From a virus: a stretch of DNA of 64,000 nt. The stretch spans positions 111,261-175,260 of IMG/VR virus record IMGVR_UViG_3300044977_000094; one strand, written 5' to 3'. This document shows, in pieces, positions 1-9,354 of the stretch; position 1 is the first letter of the stretch, and each line of letters starts with the position of its first letter. Made by a program: the position numbers and the translations under genes. The notes under the pieces were generated by a model. That model saw nothing but the letters and a program-made list of their open reading frames with translations. It did no database searches and was not told the origin of the DNA.

Positions 1-116
1 GCGGCGCCTGTCGTAGAGGTATTCGGCTCGGCGGCAGGCGGGGCAGGGGCAGCGGGGGATGCCGGTTTGGGGGCGGCCGATGGCGCGGGCGTGGGTGCCG
101 TGCGGCGGGAGGGGCT

Positions 117-593
117 TCACGGGGTCACCGCCCCGGCGAGTTGCCAGACGCGGATGATGGCGCCGGGGGAGTCGAGGGCGTCGGGGTGCTCGCCGGGGAA
201 GACCTTCGCGAGTTGCCGGTACTCGATGACTCGGGCGTCGTCAGCCCACACGCCGGCGGTGGTCAGGGCGTCCTCGGTGGACCGCAGAAGCTTGCTGAGG
301 TCCGGGTAGCGGGTGGGCCAAGTGCGGGTTCGCTTCGGGGCACTGGCCGGCTTCGGCAGTGTGAACACCATGTCGGCGCACAGCGGGCCGTCGAGGATCG
401 TCCAGTCGGCCCATGTGGCGAGCTGTTGCCGGGCCGCGGCCTCGACGGCGTTGCGCCACGGTGCGACCTTCTTGGAGGACTCCAGCAGGACTGCTGTGGA
501 CTTTCCGGTGGACTTGCTGGTCCGGTGGCCGACGTACTTCTTGCTGCCCTGCGGTGCTGGGATGCCGTGGACGGTGATGGTGAGTGGCGTCAT
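117..593 (-). CDS. rusA: RusA-family Holliday junction resolvase
   Basis: GIPAPQGSK...PDLSKLLRSTEDALT..GVWADD motifs; start overlaps the whiB stop. Confidence 0.9.
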   Translation of the reverse strand: MTPLTITVHGIPAPQGSKKYVGHRTSKSTGKSTAVLLESSKKVAPWRNAVEAAARQQLATWADWTILDGPLCADMVFTLPKPASAPKRTRTWPTRYPDLSKLLRSTEDALTTAGVWADDARVIEYRQLAKVFPGEHPDALDSPGAIIRVWQLAGAVTP

Positions 594-901
594 GCGACGG
601 CCCTCGCCAGGCGGTAGCGGACGCGGTAGACGTTGTAGCGCTCTTCGGGGGTGAGGCCGCCGCGGATGCCGTCCCGCCCGTCGGTCTTGGAGCCGCCTTC
701 GCTCTGGAGGGCGTCTTCGAGGCATTCACGGCGTACGGGGCAACTGAGGCAGATGGCCTTGGCAGTGTTGGCTTGCCGCATCCCGTGGGCATTGGTGTAG
801 CTGTAGGGGAACCACAGTTCGGGGTCGTGGCCGAGGCAGGACGCGATGTCGCGCCAGGTCTGCGTGGCGGTGCGTCCGGGCTTGTAGGCGACGGTGGTCA
901 C
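590..901 (-). CDS. whiB: WhiB-family Fe-S transcription factor
   Basis: C..DPELWF...C-x2-CPV-x3-C...GIRGG-LT..ER. Confidence 0.92.
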   Translation of the reverse strand: MTTVAYKPGRTATQTWRDIASCLGHDPELWFPYSYTNAHGMRQANTAKAICLSCPVRRECLEDALQSEGGSKTDGRDGIRGGLTPEERYNVYRVRYRLARAVA

Positions 902-1188
902 TTGGTGTGCCTCCTTGTCGCGGAGTGGGAGTGGTAGAGCTCGGCGATGACCAGGAAGGCGGCGTCGATGCTGTTCTGGTCGGCGGTACTCCAGATGGCG
1001 AGGGTGTCGATGCGCCGCGGCGCCGGCATGGGTTCGTCGTCGACGGTGCAGGCCCTGTACACGTCGGGCTCGGTGGCGGCGAGTCCTTCGGCGAGGGCGG
1101 CTGCGAGGGCGGTGCCGGCGCGGAGGCGGATCGCGATGCTGCCCACGGCGCGGCCCAGCCGGACGGCGATGGCGAGGAGGAGGTTCAT
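898..1188 (-). CDS. Hypothetical phage protein
   Basis: MNLLLAIAVRLG...; coupled to neighbours by overlapping start/stop codons. Confidence 0.6.
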   Translation of the reverse strand: MNLLLAIAVRLGRAVGSIAIRLRAGTALAAALAEGLAATEPDVYRACTVDDEPMPAPRRIDTLAIWSTADQNSIDAAFLVIAELYHSHSATRRHTK

Positions 1189-1325
1189 TGCTCGTCCTCT
1201 CGCAGGTCGTTGCGGAGGCTGATGTGGGCCCAGGTGGCGACGCCGAGGCAGACCACGACGAAGGCGACGCCAGCGGTGAGGGTGAGTCGGGGGTGGTCGA
1301 GGAGGATGAGCAGGGCGTGGAGCAC
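1185..1325 (-). CDS. Small membrane protein (46 aa, absent from ORF track)
   Basis: GTG start after GAAGGGAG RBS; hydrophobic LTLTAGVAFVVVCLGVATW; stop overlaps next ATG. Confidence 0.6.
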   Translation of the reverse strand: MLHALLILLDHPRLTLTAGVAFVVVCLGVATWAHISLRNDLREDEQ

Positions 1326-1429
1326 GACGGGCTCCCTTCGGGTCTGGGGTGGTGGCCGCCGCCGGGGAGGGGAAGACCGACGGCGGCCGGCTGGTGGGCC
1401 GGGCAGGTCGCTGGGCTGCCCGGCGGGTG

Positions 1430-2134
1430 TCAGACGGCTTCGGCCGCTGTGGCCGGCTTTGCCTTCCGCGAGAACTTCGGCTTCCAGGTGACGTGCGGTG
1501 CGGGCCCGAGCGGCACCTCGTCGGGCGGCTCCGGCGGCAGCGGCGGGAGGCTGCTACGGGGCATGTCGGCGGGGATCGCCGCAGCCGGGTACTGGGCGGT
1601 CTCATCCGGGCCGAAGACCCGCTGCGCGGGCAACTGAACGGTGCTGGGACCGCAGTCGGGCTCCTTGGCCGGCGTGGGCTTGATCGGCTCGACCTTGGCC
1701 ACGGGAGCCCGTGCCACCCGGAGCCGGTCCAGCAACGCCTTAACCTGGTCGATGGCCAGCTCGGCATCCCCGGCGAGCCACGCCAGGAACTCGCCGCGCT
1801 CACTGGTCACGGCACGCCGGTAGACGCGGCCGGCCTCGAAGGCGAAGTGGCGGCCCCACTCCTCGGCCTGCTCGCGGGTCCAGCAGTGCGCCCCGCCGCG
1901 GCCGGCCTCGGGGGTCAGCGGCTCCCACGTGGTGCCGTTCCAGTAGTCCGGGGCTCTGTAGCCGGCGTTGCTGTCGTAGACGACCCAGTCCCCGGCGGCG
2001 TCGGCGGCGATGCCGATGTACTTGCGTGGCCCGGCCCAGTGGCCCTCAACGGGGTAGCGGATGGATGTGGCGAGGTTGGCGAGGTCGGCGCGGGCTTCGG
2101 CGGCCTGGGCGCGGCGTGCAGCCTTGGTGGTCAT
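1430..2134 (-). CDS. Hypothetical protein with Pro-rich C-terminus
   Basis: MTTKAARRAQ... after GAGGGAG RBS. Confidence 0.65.
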   Translation of the reverse strand: MTTKAARRAQAAEARADLANLATSIRYPVEGHWAGPRKYIGIAADAAGDWVVYDSNAGYRAPDYWNGTTWEPLTPEAGRGGAHCWTREQAEEWGRHFAFEAGRVYRRAVTSERGEFLAWLAGDAELAIDQVKALLDRLRVARAPVAKVEPIKPTPAKEPDCGPSTVQLPAQRVFGPDETAQYPAAAIPADMPRSSLPPLPPEPPDEVPLGPAPHVTWKPKFSRKAKPATAAEAV

Positions 2135-2337
2135 CTCGGGTCTCCCTCGGCGGTGTTCTGGGCGTCGTCGATGGCCTGCTGCCACTGGGCGCGTTCTCTG
2201 CGGTATCGCTCGGACAGGTGGAGGCAGCTTTTGACGCTGGGAAGTCGCAGGCGTTGCGTGAGCTGCCGGATGTGGCGCTCGGCGATGTCGCGGGTCGTGT
2301 TGTCCGTCACGCGGAACGTGGTCGCGGGCGCCATCAC
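2131..2337 (-). CDS. Hypothetical protein
   Basis: Coupled small ORF (MAPATTFRVTDN...). Confidence 0.55.
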   Translation of the reverse strand: MMAPATTFRVTDNTTRDIAERHIRQLTQRLRLPSVKSCLHLSERYRRERAQWQQAIDDAQNTAEGDPR

Positions 2338-2729
2338 GCGACCTGCTTTCGGGCGGCGATGTCCGCGGCAGCGGCGGCGCGCAGGGCCTCGACGCCACCG
2401 GGCATGTAGGTGCCCTTCGGGGCCTTGGTCACGGCGCTGCCCTGCGGGAGGGGCTTGGTGCCGGCGACGAGGTCGAGGAGGTTCTGGCCGGGCCGGAACC
2501 TTGGGTGCTGGTGGGCGGGGATGCGGATGGGGGTGCCGTCCTGCGGGTTGCGGGCGGCGCGTTCGTGGCGTTCGACGGTCTCGAAGCGGCCGAAGCCGGT
2601 GACGCTGACGGGTTCTCCGGCGACGAGGCTGCGGGTGATGGTGTCCAGGACGGCGTCGACGGCTGCTTCGGCGGCGCGGCGGCCGCCGAGCTTGGCGGCG
2701 ACGGCGTCGATGGGGTGGGCCTTGTTCAT
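2334..2729 (-). CDS. hup: HU/IHF-family DNA-binding protein
   Basis: MNK...VSVTGFGRFE...R.ARNPQDG.PIRIPA...PRFRPG. Confidence 0.93.
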   Translation of the reverse strand: MNKAHPIDAVAAKLGGRRAAEAAVDAVLDTITRSLVAGEPVSVTGFGRFETVERHERAARNPQDGTPIRIPAHQHPRFRPGQNLLDLVAGTKPLPQGSAVTKAPKGTYMPGGVEALRAAAAADIAARKQVA

Positions 2730-2807
2730 TGCGTTCTCCGTGAGGGTGAAGGTGAGGGTGGGGCTCGAATTCAGGCGGACGTATCCGCAGGTCAGGTAAG
2801 AAGTGGC

Positions 2808-3011
2808 CTAGGCGGTGTCGGTGGGGCAGCCGCAGCCGGGCTCCAGGAGGCTCACGAACCCGGCGAAGCCGTGGTCTGCGCACTCCAGCCAGTTCTGCGG
2901 CAGGACCGGGTGCGGCCCGAAGCTGGCGTAGACGCTGGTGCGGCGTGGGCGCCACGGCAGCAGGGCCACGAGGTCGGCGGCGGCGAAGGCGGCCAGCCAG
3001 CGGGCGGTCAC
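2808..3011 (-). CDS. Hypothetical Cys-containing protein
   Basis: Coupled GTG start; C-terminal CGC. Confidence 0.45.
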   Translation of the reverse strand: MTARWLAAFAAADLVALLPWRPRRTSVYASFGPHPVLPQNWLECADHGFAGFVSLLEPGCGCPTDTA

Positions 3012-3553
3012 GACGTCGCCGCCGGTGCCGGCGTCCACGGGTGGTCGTTGCGGTGCGGGTCGCGGGCTTCGCTGGCGCGCTGCATCAGGGCCAGGCGCTC
3101 CGTCAGGGCGACGCGGGCACGGTGCTCGTCCCGCCACGCCTTCGCGGCGTCACCGCGGCTCGGATCCCACTCGGCGGGCTCCGACGCGCGGGCCAGCGCG
3201 GCCTTCGTGGTGTCCAGTTCCTCGGCCAGGCCCCGCAGCGTGATGTCCCGCTCGGCGATCTGCTCCCGCAGCGCGGCCACCGTCGGCGTGTCCGCGAGGC
3301 GGCGGGTCAGGGCCCTGTTCTCGCCCTCAAGCCCCGTGATGATCTTCTTGAGGGCGGCGACCTCCGCTGAATCCATTGCCCCCGCCGTGCGAACGACGTT
3401 GTCGTACAGCTCCCGCAGCGTCGTCAGGTCCTGAGTGGTGCGGTCGTGCCGCTCGGCTTGGATGGCCTCCCGCTTCTTCCGCAGAGCGACCTCGGCGCGC
3501 AGGTCGCGGTTCTCGCGCCGCAGCTTGCGTCTGGACTTCAAGACCTCAGGCAC
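3008..3553 (-). CDS. Coiled-coil hypothetical protein
   Basis: GAGGAGGAG RBS; heptad-rich sequence. Confidence 0.65.
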   Translation of the reverse strand: MPEVLKSRRKLRRENRDLRAEVALRKKREAIQAERHDRTTQDLTTLRELYDNVVRTAGAMDSAEVAALKKIITGLEGENRALTRRLADTPTVAALREQIAERDITLRGLAEELDTTKAALARASEPAEWDPSRGDAAKAWRDEHRARVALTERLALMQRASEARDPHRNDHPWTPAPAATS

Positions 3554-3690
3554 GGCTCCTCCTCGGTGATCTCGGCGCGGTGGTTGGTGATCGAGTCGCG
3601 CAGTTCGCGGGCAGCGACCGCGGCGAGCAGCAGGTCCAGCAGGGGCGCCGGCTCCGGGCCGGCCGGCCTCAGGTCCACGGCGGCGGTCAT
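3538..3690 (-). CDS. Small hypothetical protein (50 aa)
   Basis: MTAAVDLRPAGPEPAPLLDLLL...; coupled start/stop. Confidence 0.45.
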   Translation of the reverse strand: MTAAVDLRPAGPEPAPLLDLLLAAVAARELRDSITNHRAEITEEEPCLRS

Positions 3691-3791
3691 CGCGCACCCC
3701 GATGACGCCAGGCGTTGAAGCAGATCCGCGACCAGCCGAAGGCCAGGAAGAGGACGAACAGGAAGGAGACGACATCCAGGGCGGAGTTCAC
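3687..3791 (-). CDS. Small membrane protein (34 aa)
   Basis: AAAGGGA RBS, GTG start, VVSFLFVLFLAFGW hydrophobic segment. Confidence 0.5.
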   Translation of the reverse strand: MNSALDVVSFLFVLFLAFGWSRICFNAWRHRGAR

Positions 3792-3865
3792 GAGGGTCCC
3801 TTTCGGTGGCACGAATGGATCTGCTGTACGGGCGGGGCGGTGGGCGAGACCGCCCCGCTGGGTGG

Positions 3866-4555
3866 CTAGAACGGGGGCTCGTCCGAGATTTCGGGCCAGC
3901 GCTGCGACGGCCGCTTACGGGCCCGCTGGCCCATGTCCGAGAGTTCGAGGGCGTAGTCGACGGCGTCGTCGATGTTCAGTCCCGCGTCGTCCAGGCGGGA
4001 CGCGAGCGCGTTCGCAGCCGCCCACCGGTCGTCCGAGCGGCCCTGCAACTCCTCCGCCACGTGCCGGACCAGCAAGTCGCGGTACGCCTCGGACAGCTTC
4101 CGGAACGCTGCCTGGTCCAGCCCGACCGTGACCGGCTTGGCCGCGGGCTCGTCGTCGGCCGGCACGGGCGGTGCCGCGTCCGCGTCGTAGCTGCGGTTGA
4201 AATCCTCCATGCGGTTCTCGATCGCCGCGTCCACGCTGACGTGGCGCGACCGCAGCGCGTAGGCCAGCCCGTGGGCCAGCTCCTGCGCGGCGGGCTTCCC
4301 GTCGATCAACGTCTCGGCGATCACAGCGCCGACGATCCGTTGCGTGGCCGCCAAGTCCCGCTGGAGCTCACGAAGCTGCTCCTGCGCGTGGGCCTGCTGC
4401 TCCGGCAACTGAGCCAGCGTCGCGTGAGCGCCAGCCAAAGCCGCCAAGATCGCCGCCGACTCGGGATTGACGAACACCGCCTCCGGGCCCGTACCGCGCA
4501 ACCAGGACGCCTGCGACAGGTACTTCTCCGCCGACGCGAAGTGGTTGACTGTCAT
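3866..4555 (-). CDS. Hypothetical protein
   Basis: 229-aa coupled ORF ending in DEPPF. Confidence 0.7.
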   Translation of the reverse strand: MTVNHFASAEKYLSQASWLRGTGPEAVFVNPESAAILAALAGAHATLAQLPEQQAHAQEQLRELQRDLAATQRIVGAVIAETLIDGKPAAQELAHGLAYALRSRHVSVDAAIENRMEDFNRSYDADAAPPVPADDEPAAKPVTVGLDQAAFRKLSEAYRDLLVRHVAEELQGRSDDRWAAANALASRLDDAGLNIDDAVDYALELSDMGQRARKRPSQRWPEISDEPPF

Positions 4556-5655
4556 GCCGTCGCCCCCTCGACCATGAAGTCGACGAACGCGGCCAACTGC
4601 TGCTCGCTGGCGTCCTGAATGCGGTCACCCTGGGACCAGATCCCGAACTGCGACTCGGTCGCTTCCCCGTCCCAGCCGCGCAGGCTGCGGGCCTCGTTGA
4701 GCCGCGTCCGCAGGCCATCCGGGTCGTCCGGATCCACGAACTCGGCCTCCAGCGGCTCATCGGACGCAGCCTCCTCGTCCTTGAGGCTGGCGATCCGCAT
4801 CAGCTCCTGAGACAGCGGATCCTTGCCGTCCGCCCGCACGTGACCCACCTGGCGGGCCTGCGTCCACACATCCCGCACGTCGTCCGACGTCAGGGCGCCC
4901 TTGGCCAGCGCGACGTAGTCCGGCTTCGGGGGCTCGATCGCCAGCGCCTCGACGGCACCACCCGGGTTCAACGCCACAGCGGTCGGCAGCGGCCCGGCCA
5001 GCGCCTGCCGCGGCGTGACACCACGCAGCTCGACCACCACCACGGGAAACTTCTTCGTCTCCCCATTCGCGACCCGCTGACGCGGCTCGATCCGCAGCGT
5101 CACCGGCACGAAGCCCTTGCCGTCGGTCCCGGCGAGGACCATGTCGACCATGCCGCCCCACTCGCTGGCGGCGTAGAAGCTGTGCGTCTCCGCACGCCAC
5201 ATGCCCATCCCCGACAGGTCGGGCAGCATCACGTTCAGGCGCGACGTCGCGGCACAGACGCGGCCCTTCGGCTGCTCGTACCAGGTCTCCCCGAACTTGG
5301 CGGCGCACAGGCACGGCTGGCGGGACAGCAGCTCGGTCTCGCCGTCGCAGCGGCGCTGGCAGCCACCCTTGGACCACATCTCGTTGTACTGGTTCAGCGG
5401 ATCACCGGGCGTGATCAGCGCCTCGATCGACGCCGCCTTCGTGATCACCCGCCACTGCTCGATGGAGGAGTTCAGCGGCGACCACTGCTCGACGTTGCCG
5501 CCCCACAGCTCGGCGGCCGTGCGCACGTGCTCCTCCGAGTGGGAGGTGACCACCCATGTCGCCGACCGCACAGGACGGTTGCCCTGCGTGTAGCCGGTGC
5601 GAAGGCGACCGTGCTCGGCGGCCTTCCGCTGGATGTTCAGGAGCCGGGAGCCCAT
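4552..5655 (-). CDS. Gp3-like (phiC31/phiBT1 recombination directionality factor-like) protein
   Basis: GRLRTG N-terminus, RRCDG...CLC...C...RLNVMLP..G.GMWR.ETHS..AA.E pattern; adjacent to exonuclease. Confidence 0.6.
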   Translation of the reverse strand: MGSRLLNIQRKAAEHGRLRTGYTQGNRPVRSATWVVTSHSEEHVRTAAELWGGNVEQWSPLNSSIEQWRVITKAASIEALITPGDPLNQYNEMWSKGGCQRRCDGETELLSRQPCLCAAKFGETWYEQPKGRVCAATSRLNVMLPDLSGMGMWRAETHSFYAASEWGGMVDMVLAGTDGKGFVPVTLRIEPRQRVANGETKKFPVVVVELRGVTPRQALAGPLPTAVALNPGGAVEALAIEPPKPDYVALAKGALTSDDVRDVWTQARQVGHVRADGKDPLSQELMRIASLKDEEAASDEPLEAEFVDPDDPDGLRTRLNEARSLRGWDGEATESQFGIWSQGDRIQDASEQQLAAFVDFMVEGATA

Positions 5656-5656
5656 C

Positions 5657-6484
5657 TCAGGCCACCTTTCGGGTCACGGCCGCAGCCTGCGGCGGCATCA
5701 GCGCGGGATAGGACGAGGGAGCGGCGTGGTGCCACTGGGCGTTCATCAGGGCGCCGCGGAACGCCCGGAACGCGGCCCGGTTGCCGGGCATCTCCACCAA
5801 GGCGTGGGACTTCTGGCGCAGGTTCAGGACGGCGGTGCGTTGGATCTTGGGCATGTCGCCGTCGCTGTCGTCCGGCAGCAGCACGTTCTCGGCGAACCGC
5901 AGGGCAGCGAGCTGCTGCGCGTTCTCCGCGTACACGCTCTTCGCGGACCGGGTCGAACTCGACTTGTAGTCGATCAACCAAAGCTCCATGCGGCCACCCG
6001 CGCCGGTCGGCAGCCAGATCATCAGGTCTGCGGTACCGGCGTAGCCGAGGCGGCGGTGAATCACGGTGATCTCCGTCGCGACGACGTCACGGTCGATGTG
6101 GACGCCCCACTCGTTCAGCCAAAGGTCGAACCGGCGCAGGTAGGGCCGGACCTCGGCGTCGTCAGCGATCGGGGCGCGCAGCAGGCGCGCTTCACAGGCG
6201 GCGTGGATGCGGTCGCCCAGATCAGCGGCGCGCTCCCGCACCGTCCCGTGGACGGCCTTGATGTCCCTCGTCAGCTCGGTCCGGTCGGTGACGACGCGAC
6301 GGGAGACCTCGGCGAGGTTGTCGAGCGTCCACTCGACGCAGAGCTTCACCGCCCACGGGATCAGGGCGTGCTTGTGGACCGACGTGTCCAGGACGTTCGT
6401 GACGGACACCAGGTCGGGGCCGCCGGCGGGGTCCGTGTAGTAGCGGCCGTTGTCGGTGTCGTGCGCGAGCTTGGGATCGGTCAC
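5657..6484 (-). CDS. PD-(D/E)XK exonuclease (YqaJ/Cas4-like)
   Basis: SVT.VL...K.AL..WA, G..IH, YAGTAD, IDYKS, QLAA motifs. Confidence 0.85.
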   Translation of the reverse strand: MTDPKLAHDTDNGRYYTDPAGGPDLVSVTNVLDTSVHKHALIPWAVKLCVEWTLDNLAEVSRRVVTDRTELTRDIKAVHGTVRERAADLGDRIHAACEARLLRAPIADDAEVRPYLRRFDLWLNEWGVHIDRDVVATEITVIHRRLGYAGTADLMIWLPTGAGGRMELWLIDYKSSSTRSAKSVYAENAQQLAALRFAENVLLPDDSDGDMPKIQRTAVLNLRQKSHALVEMPGNRAAFRAFRGALMNAQWHHAAPSSYPALMPPQAAAVTRKVA

Positions 6485-6906
6485 TTCGTGCCTCCGTGGC
6501 GCTCGCGCTGCTGCTCGATCCACGCGTCGGCGCGGTCCTTCGACGGGAAGTGGCGCTGTGACTTGCGCTTGCCGTTGAGGCGGTAGCGGACCTGCCAGCC
6601 GGAGCGCGCGGTCTCGGTGACGCGGACGGCCGTGACGCCGACCTGCAGCTCCGGGGTCAGGCGGGCGACTTGGGCGAGCAGTTCCGGCACGGCTTCGTGG
6701 GCGTCAGCGATCCACAGCGCGATCGGCCCGGCATAGTCCGGCAGCGTCGCCAGGACCGAACCGGACTCGTGGTGGATGACCCGCCAGTACGCGGGTTCCT
6801 CCCCGTCGCCCTCGACGTAGTCGGTGGTCCACTCGCCGCCGTACCAGTCGCCGAGCTGCACACCCGCGATCTCAGCGAGGCGGTCATCCGACATCGGGTC
6901 GCTCAT
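6481..6906 (-). CDS. Hypothetical protein, possible C-terminal AP2/Arm-like DNA-binding domain
   Basis: C-terminal WQVRYRLNGKRKSQRHFPSKDRADAW. Confidence 0.6.
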   Translation of the reverse strand: MSDPMSDDRLAEIAGVQLGDWYGGEWTTDYVEGDGEEPAYWRVIHHESGSVLATLPDYAGPIALWIADAHEAVPELLAQVARLTPELQVGVTAVRVTETARSGWQVRYRLNGKRKSQRHFPSKDRADAWIEQQRERHGGTK

Positions 6907-6908
6907 GG

Positions 6909-7121
6909 TCAGCACCCCCGCCGGTAGTCGCGGTAGTGGCGGTCGTCGTGCTCGCGGAGCAGCTCCGCGTCGTAGTCGTCCAGGCACAGCACCCGCTCCG
7001 ACGGCAGGTGCTCGCGGGTCTCAGCGGCGGGGAAGGTGTCGAAGCACTCCTCGCACATCACGAGGTCGACGGCAGGCGCGGCGGTCACGGCGGGCGGGGC
7101 GAGCAGCAGGTCGGCGGTCAT
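6909..7121 (-). CDS. Small Zn-binding hypothetical protein
   Basis: CEEC...LCLDD. Confidence 0.5.
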   Translation of the reverse strand: MTADLLLAPPAVTAAPAVDLVMCEECFDTFPAAETREHLPSERVLCLDDYDAELLREHDDRHYRDYRRGC

Positions 7122-7297
7122 CGCGCACCTCGCGCCAGATCCGCTGTCGGGACCTTCTCCGCCGCGATCCGATTCCGCAGGTAGTCGTGCAGCGGCGACG
7201 ACAGAGGCGTGCGCTCCAGCGCCTCGAACGTCTCCCAGTGATCGACCGGGTCCAGCGCCGGGCGAACCGTGCCACCCGGGCACAGGCGCGGGCTCAC
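7118..7297 (-). CDS. Small hypothetical protein
   Basis: Coupled ORF between neighbours. Confidence 0.4.
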   Translation of the reverse strand: MSPRLCPGGTVRPALDPVDHWETFEALERTPLSSPLHDYLRNRIAAEKVPTADLARGAR

Positions 7298-7728
7298 GCG
7301 GCACGCACCGGGGACTCGACGCCGGCCTCGATCGCGAGACGCGTCAGGCACGCCGACACGTCCGTCACCACACACGGCGTCAAGTCGGTGAAGTCCGCGA
7401 GGTGCTCGATGTAGTCCGGCTCCCCATCCGTCCACGGAGCCTCGCCCCGCATGTGCAGCGACGCGAACTTGATCGCCGCCATCGCCGTGAAGCCGCCCGA
7501 CTCCGTCGGGTCCATGCCGCACGCGATCCGAATCGCACCAACCATGTCCACGGGGCGGAACTGCGGGTCCGAGGCGTGCAGCACGCCGGACGCATCCGGC
7601 ACGGACGGCGGGGCGACGAACGCGCCCTTCGCCAGGCCGTTCCGCTCGATCACGTCCGCGGCGATCCGGAAGATGAGCGCGAGGTCGGTAGTTCTTGCTT
7701 CGGGTGTCAGAATGGTCACGGTGACCAC
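7294..7728 (-). CDS. Hypothetical protein (DUF6197-like)
   Basis: AADVIERNGL.KG...D.VGAIRIA. Confidence 0.55.
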   Translation of the reverse strand: MVTVTILTPEARTTDLALIFRIAADVIERNGLAKGAFVAPPSVPDASGVLHASDPQFRPVDMVGAIRIACGMDPTESGGFTAMAAIKFASLHMRGEAPWTDGEPDYIEHLADFTDLTPCVVTDVSACLTRLAIEAGVESPVRAA

Positions 7729-7816
7729 CCCTTCTTCGGTTGTGTGTTCGGGTGGTTGCCAGGGCCTTCGGCACTGCGGGTGCGATCCGCAGGGGAACCG
7801 GGGGCCCGTTTTGCTG

Positions 7817-7978
7817 TCAGGCGGCGGTCTGGTGCTCGGCCGGCTGGACGGTGATTTCGAAGACCCGCTGCAGGAAGGCGATCTGTTCGGGCGATGGCGG
7901 CGGCGACTCGGCCGCTATTCGGTGCGCCTCGGCGATCTCATCCGGATGGAGGATCTTGTGGCGCTCCTCGCGGGTCAT
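7817..7978 (-). CDS. Small hypothetical protein
   Basis: MTREERHKILH...; coupled to Cro-like gene. Confidence 0.55.
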   Translation of the reverse strand: MTREERHKILHPDEIAEAHRIAAESPPPSPEQIAFLQRVFEITVQPAEHQTAA

Positions 7979-8277
7979 GCGCCGACCGCCTGAAGGAGTG
8001 CCTCGTAGGCGTCCGATCCGTGCGGTGGCTGGAAAAGAACCAGGACGCCGACTCCGAGACGGCGGGTGATGCCGTGGGCTACATCCATGGGGACGCTTTC
8101 CTGGGTGCCGTCCAAGAGGAATCCGATGGTGCTGTGGGCGGCGCAACCTGCTGCCTCGGCGAGAGCTCGGTGGCTTACCTTCTTGCCGTCGCCGGTCCGT
8201 TCCATGAGCTTCGCCATCAGCTCTCGGTCTACGAGCTGGTACATCGGCGGCGGCAGCGTGGGCGTCTTGCTACGCAT
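7975..8277 (-). CDS. Cro-like XRE HTH regulator
   Basis: AAGGAGG RBS; SHRALAEAAGCAAHSTIGFLL HTH; divergent from repressor. Confidence 0.8.
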   Translation of the reverse strand: MRSKTPTLPPPMYQLVDRELMAKLMERTGDGKKVSHRALAEAAGCAAHSTIGFLLDGTQESVPMDVAHGITRRLGVGVLVLFQPPHGSDAYEALLQAVGA

Positions 8278-8334
8278 GTTCACCTCCTTGATCGGAGTGT
8301 CTATCTGCCTGAACAAGACGAGCATTGCATGGCC

Positions 8335-8446
8335 TAGACGCTTTGTCTAGCAGGATGAACAAGATGTTCAGGGGATGGCCCTGGATTGCGCCAAATATGT
8401 CGCGCGCCCTACCCTGCGCCGTCTAAGTAGATGGACACTGTGTCCA
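8335..8446. promoter_or_regulatory. Three operator palindromes TRRAC-N5-GTYYA in the genetic switch
   Basis: TAGAC-GCTTT-GTCTA (8335-8349), TGAAC-AAGAT-GTTCA (8356-8370), TGGAC-ACTGT-GTCCA (8432-8446). Confidence 0.75.
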
Positions 8447-8554
8447 TGTGCGCGAACATGTCATGTCCTTGAGCAGCGGCCAGACCGGTGGCATGCGCGT
8501 GACCCCTGGACACCAGTGTTTGCAATGAGAACCCGGAGCGGCAGGATGGGCCCC

Positions 8555-8980
8555 ATGGCAGAGCAGAACCCACGCACACAGCTGGCGGACCTGGTACGTG
8601 ACAGGCGCGCCAAGCTGCACCTCAGTCTGCGCAAGCTTGAGGCTCGCTGCATCGACCCGGACACAGGCGAGCTAGAGATCAAGTTCGGCTGGCTGCATCG
8701 CCTGGAGAACGACGAACCGACTACGCCGCCGCAACTGCCGCAGCTGCGCGCGCTCGCCGCTGCCCTCGACCTACCCGTGGAGGTCGTCCAGGAAGCGGCC
8801 GGCGCCCAATACATGGGCATCAAGCCAGCCGTAGATGCGATCTACTCCAGCAGCCGAGAGGGACGCATCACCGCAGCGCGAATGGACAAGCTGACTCCCA
8901 GTGAGCGCCAGGAGCTGGCGGAGATGGTCGAACTGTGGACCCGTCGGAAGATCCAGAACGCCGACGAAAGCCACGAGTAA
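8555..8980 (+). CDS. Immunity repressor, XRE HTH
   Basis: LADLVRDRR..L.LSLRKL...LHRLE...LRALAAALDLP; located between Cro-like gene and integrase. Confidence 0.8.
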   Translation: MAEQNPRTQLADLVRDRRAKLHLSLRKLEARCIDPDTGELEIKFGWLHRLENDEPTTPPQLPQLRALAAALDLPVEVVQEAAGAQYMGIKPAVDAIYSSSREGRITAARMDKLTPSERQELAEMVELWTRRKIQNADESHE

Positions 8981-9132
8981 GTACGACTTTAGGTACTGGG
9001 CTCGACACACTCTGATCACATTGGCATCATGTGTGGTCCGCCTGGGGGGCGTGCAAGACCATCTGTGAACCGGCCTATTCGCGCAGCTGCGCGCGAATCG
9101 GCTCTGGTTCCGCGCGCAGTAGGGGGCGCTCC

Positions 9133-9354
9133 ATGCCTATCGCACGTGCCGAACTGGTCGACTACCCACTCCCGGGAGGACGGGCCGTCATCGCCCTGGA
9201 AGACGACGGAGAGATCCTGTTCAGGTTCTCGACGGGACACATCTCCGAACAGGGCCTGCGCGAGCTCACCGATCTCATGCAGCAGGAGATCGACTCAGGA
9301 ACCTGGACCCAGCACTGGAATGACCCCGGAAAGCCCGAAAGCCCCCTCAACTAG
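9133..9354 (+). CDS. Small hypothetical protein in immunity region
   Basis: MPIARAELVDYPLPGG... after G-rich RBS. Confidence 0.6.
   Translation: MPIARAELVDYPLPGGRAVIALEDDGEILFRFSTGHISEQGLRELTDLMQQEIDSGTWTQHWNDPGKPESPLN

Noticed and set aside
5657-6484. Cas4 as part of a CRISPR adaptation module
   Set aside because: Lacks the four-Cys Fe-S pattern and cas context; ordinary phage recombination exonuclease
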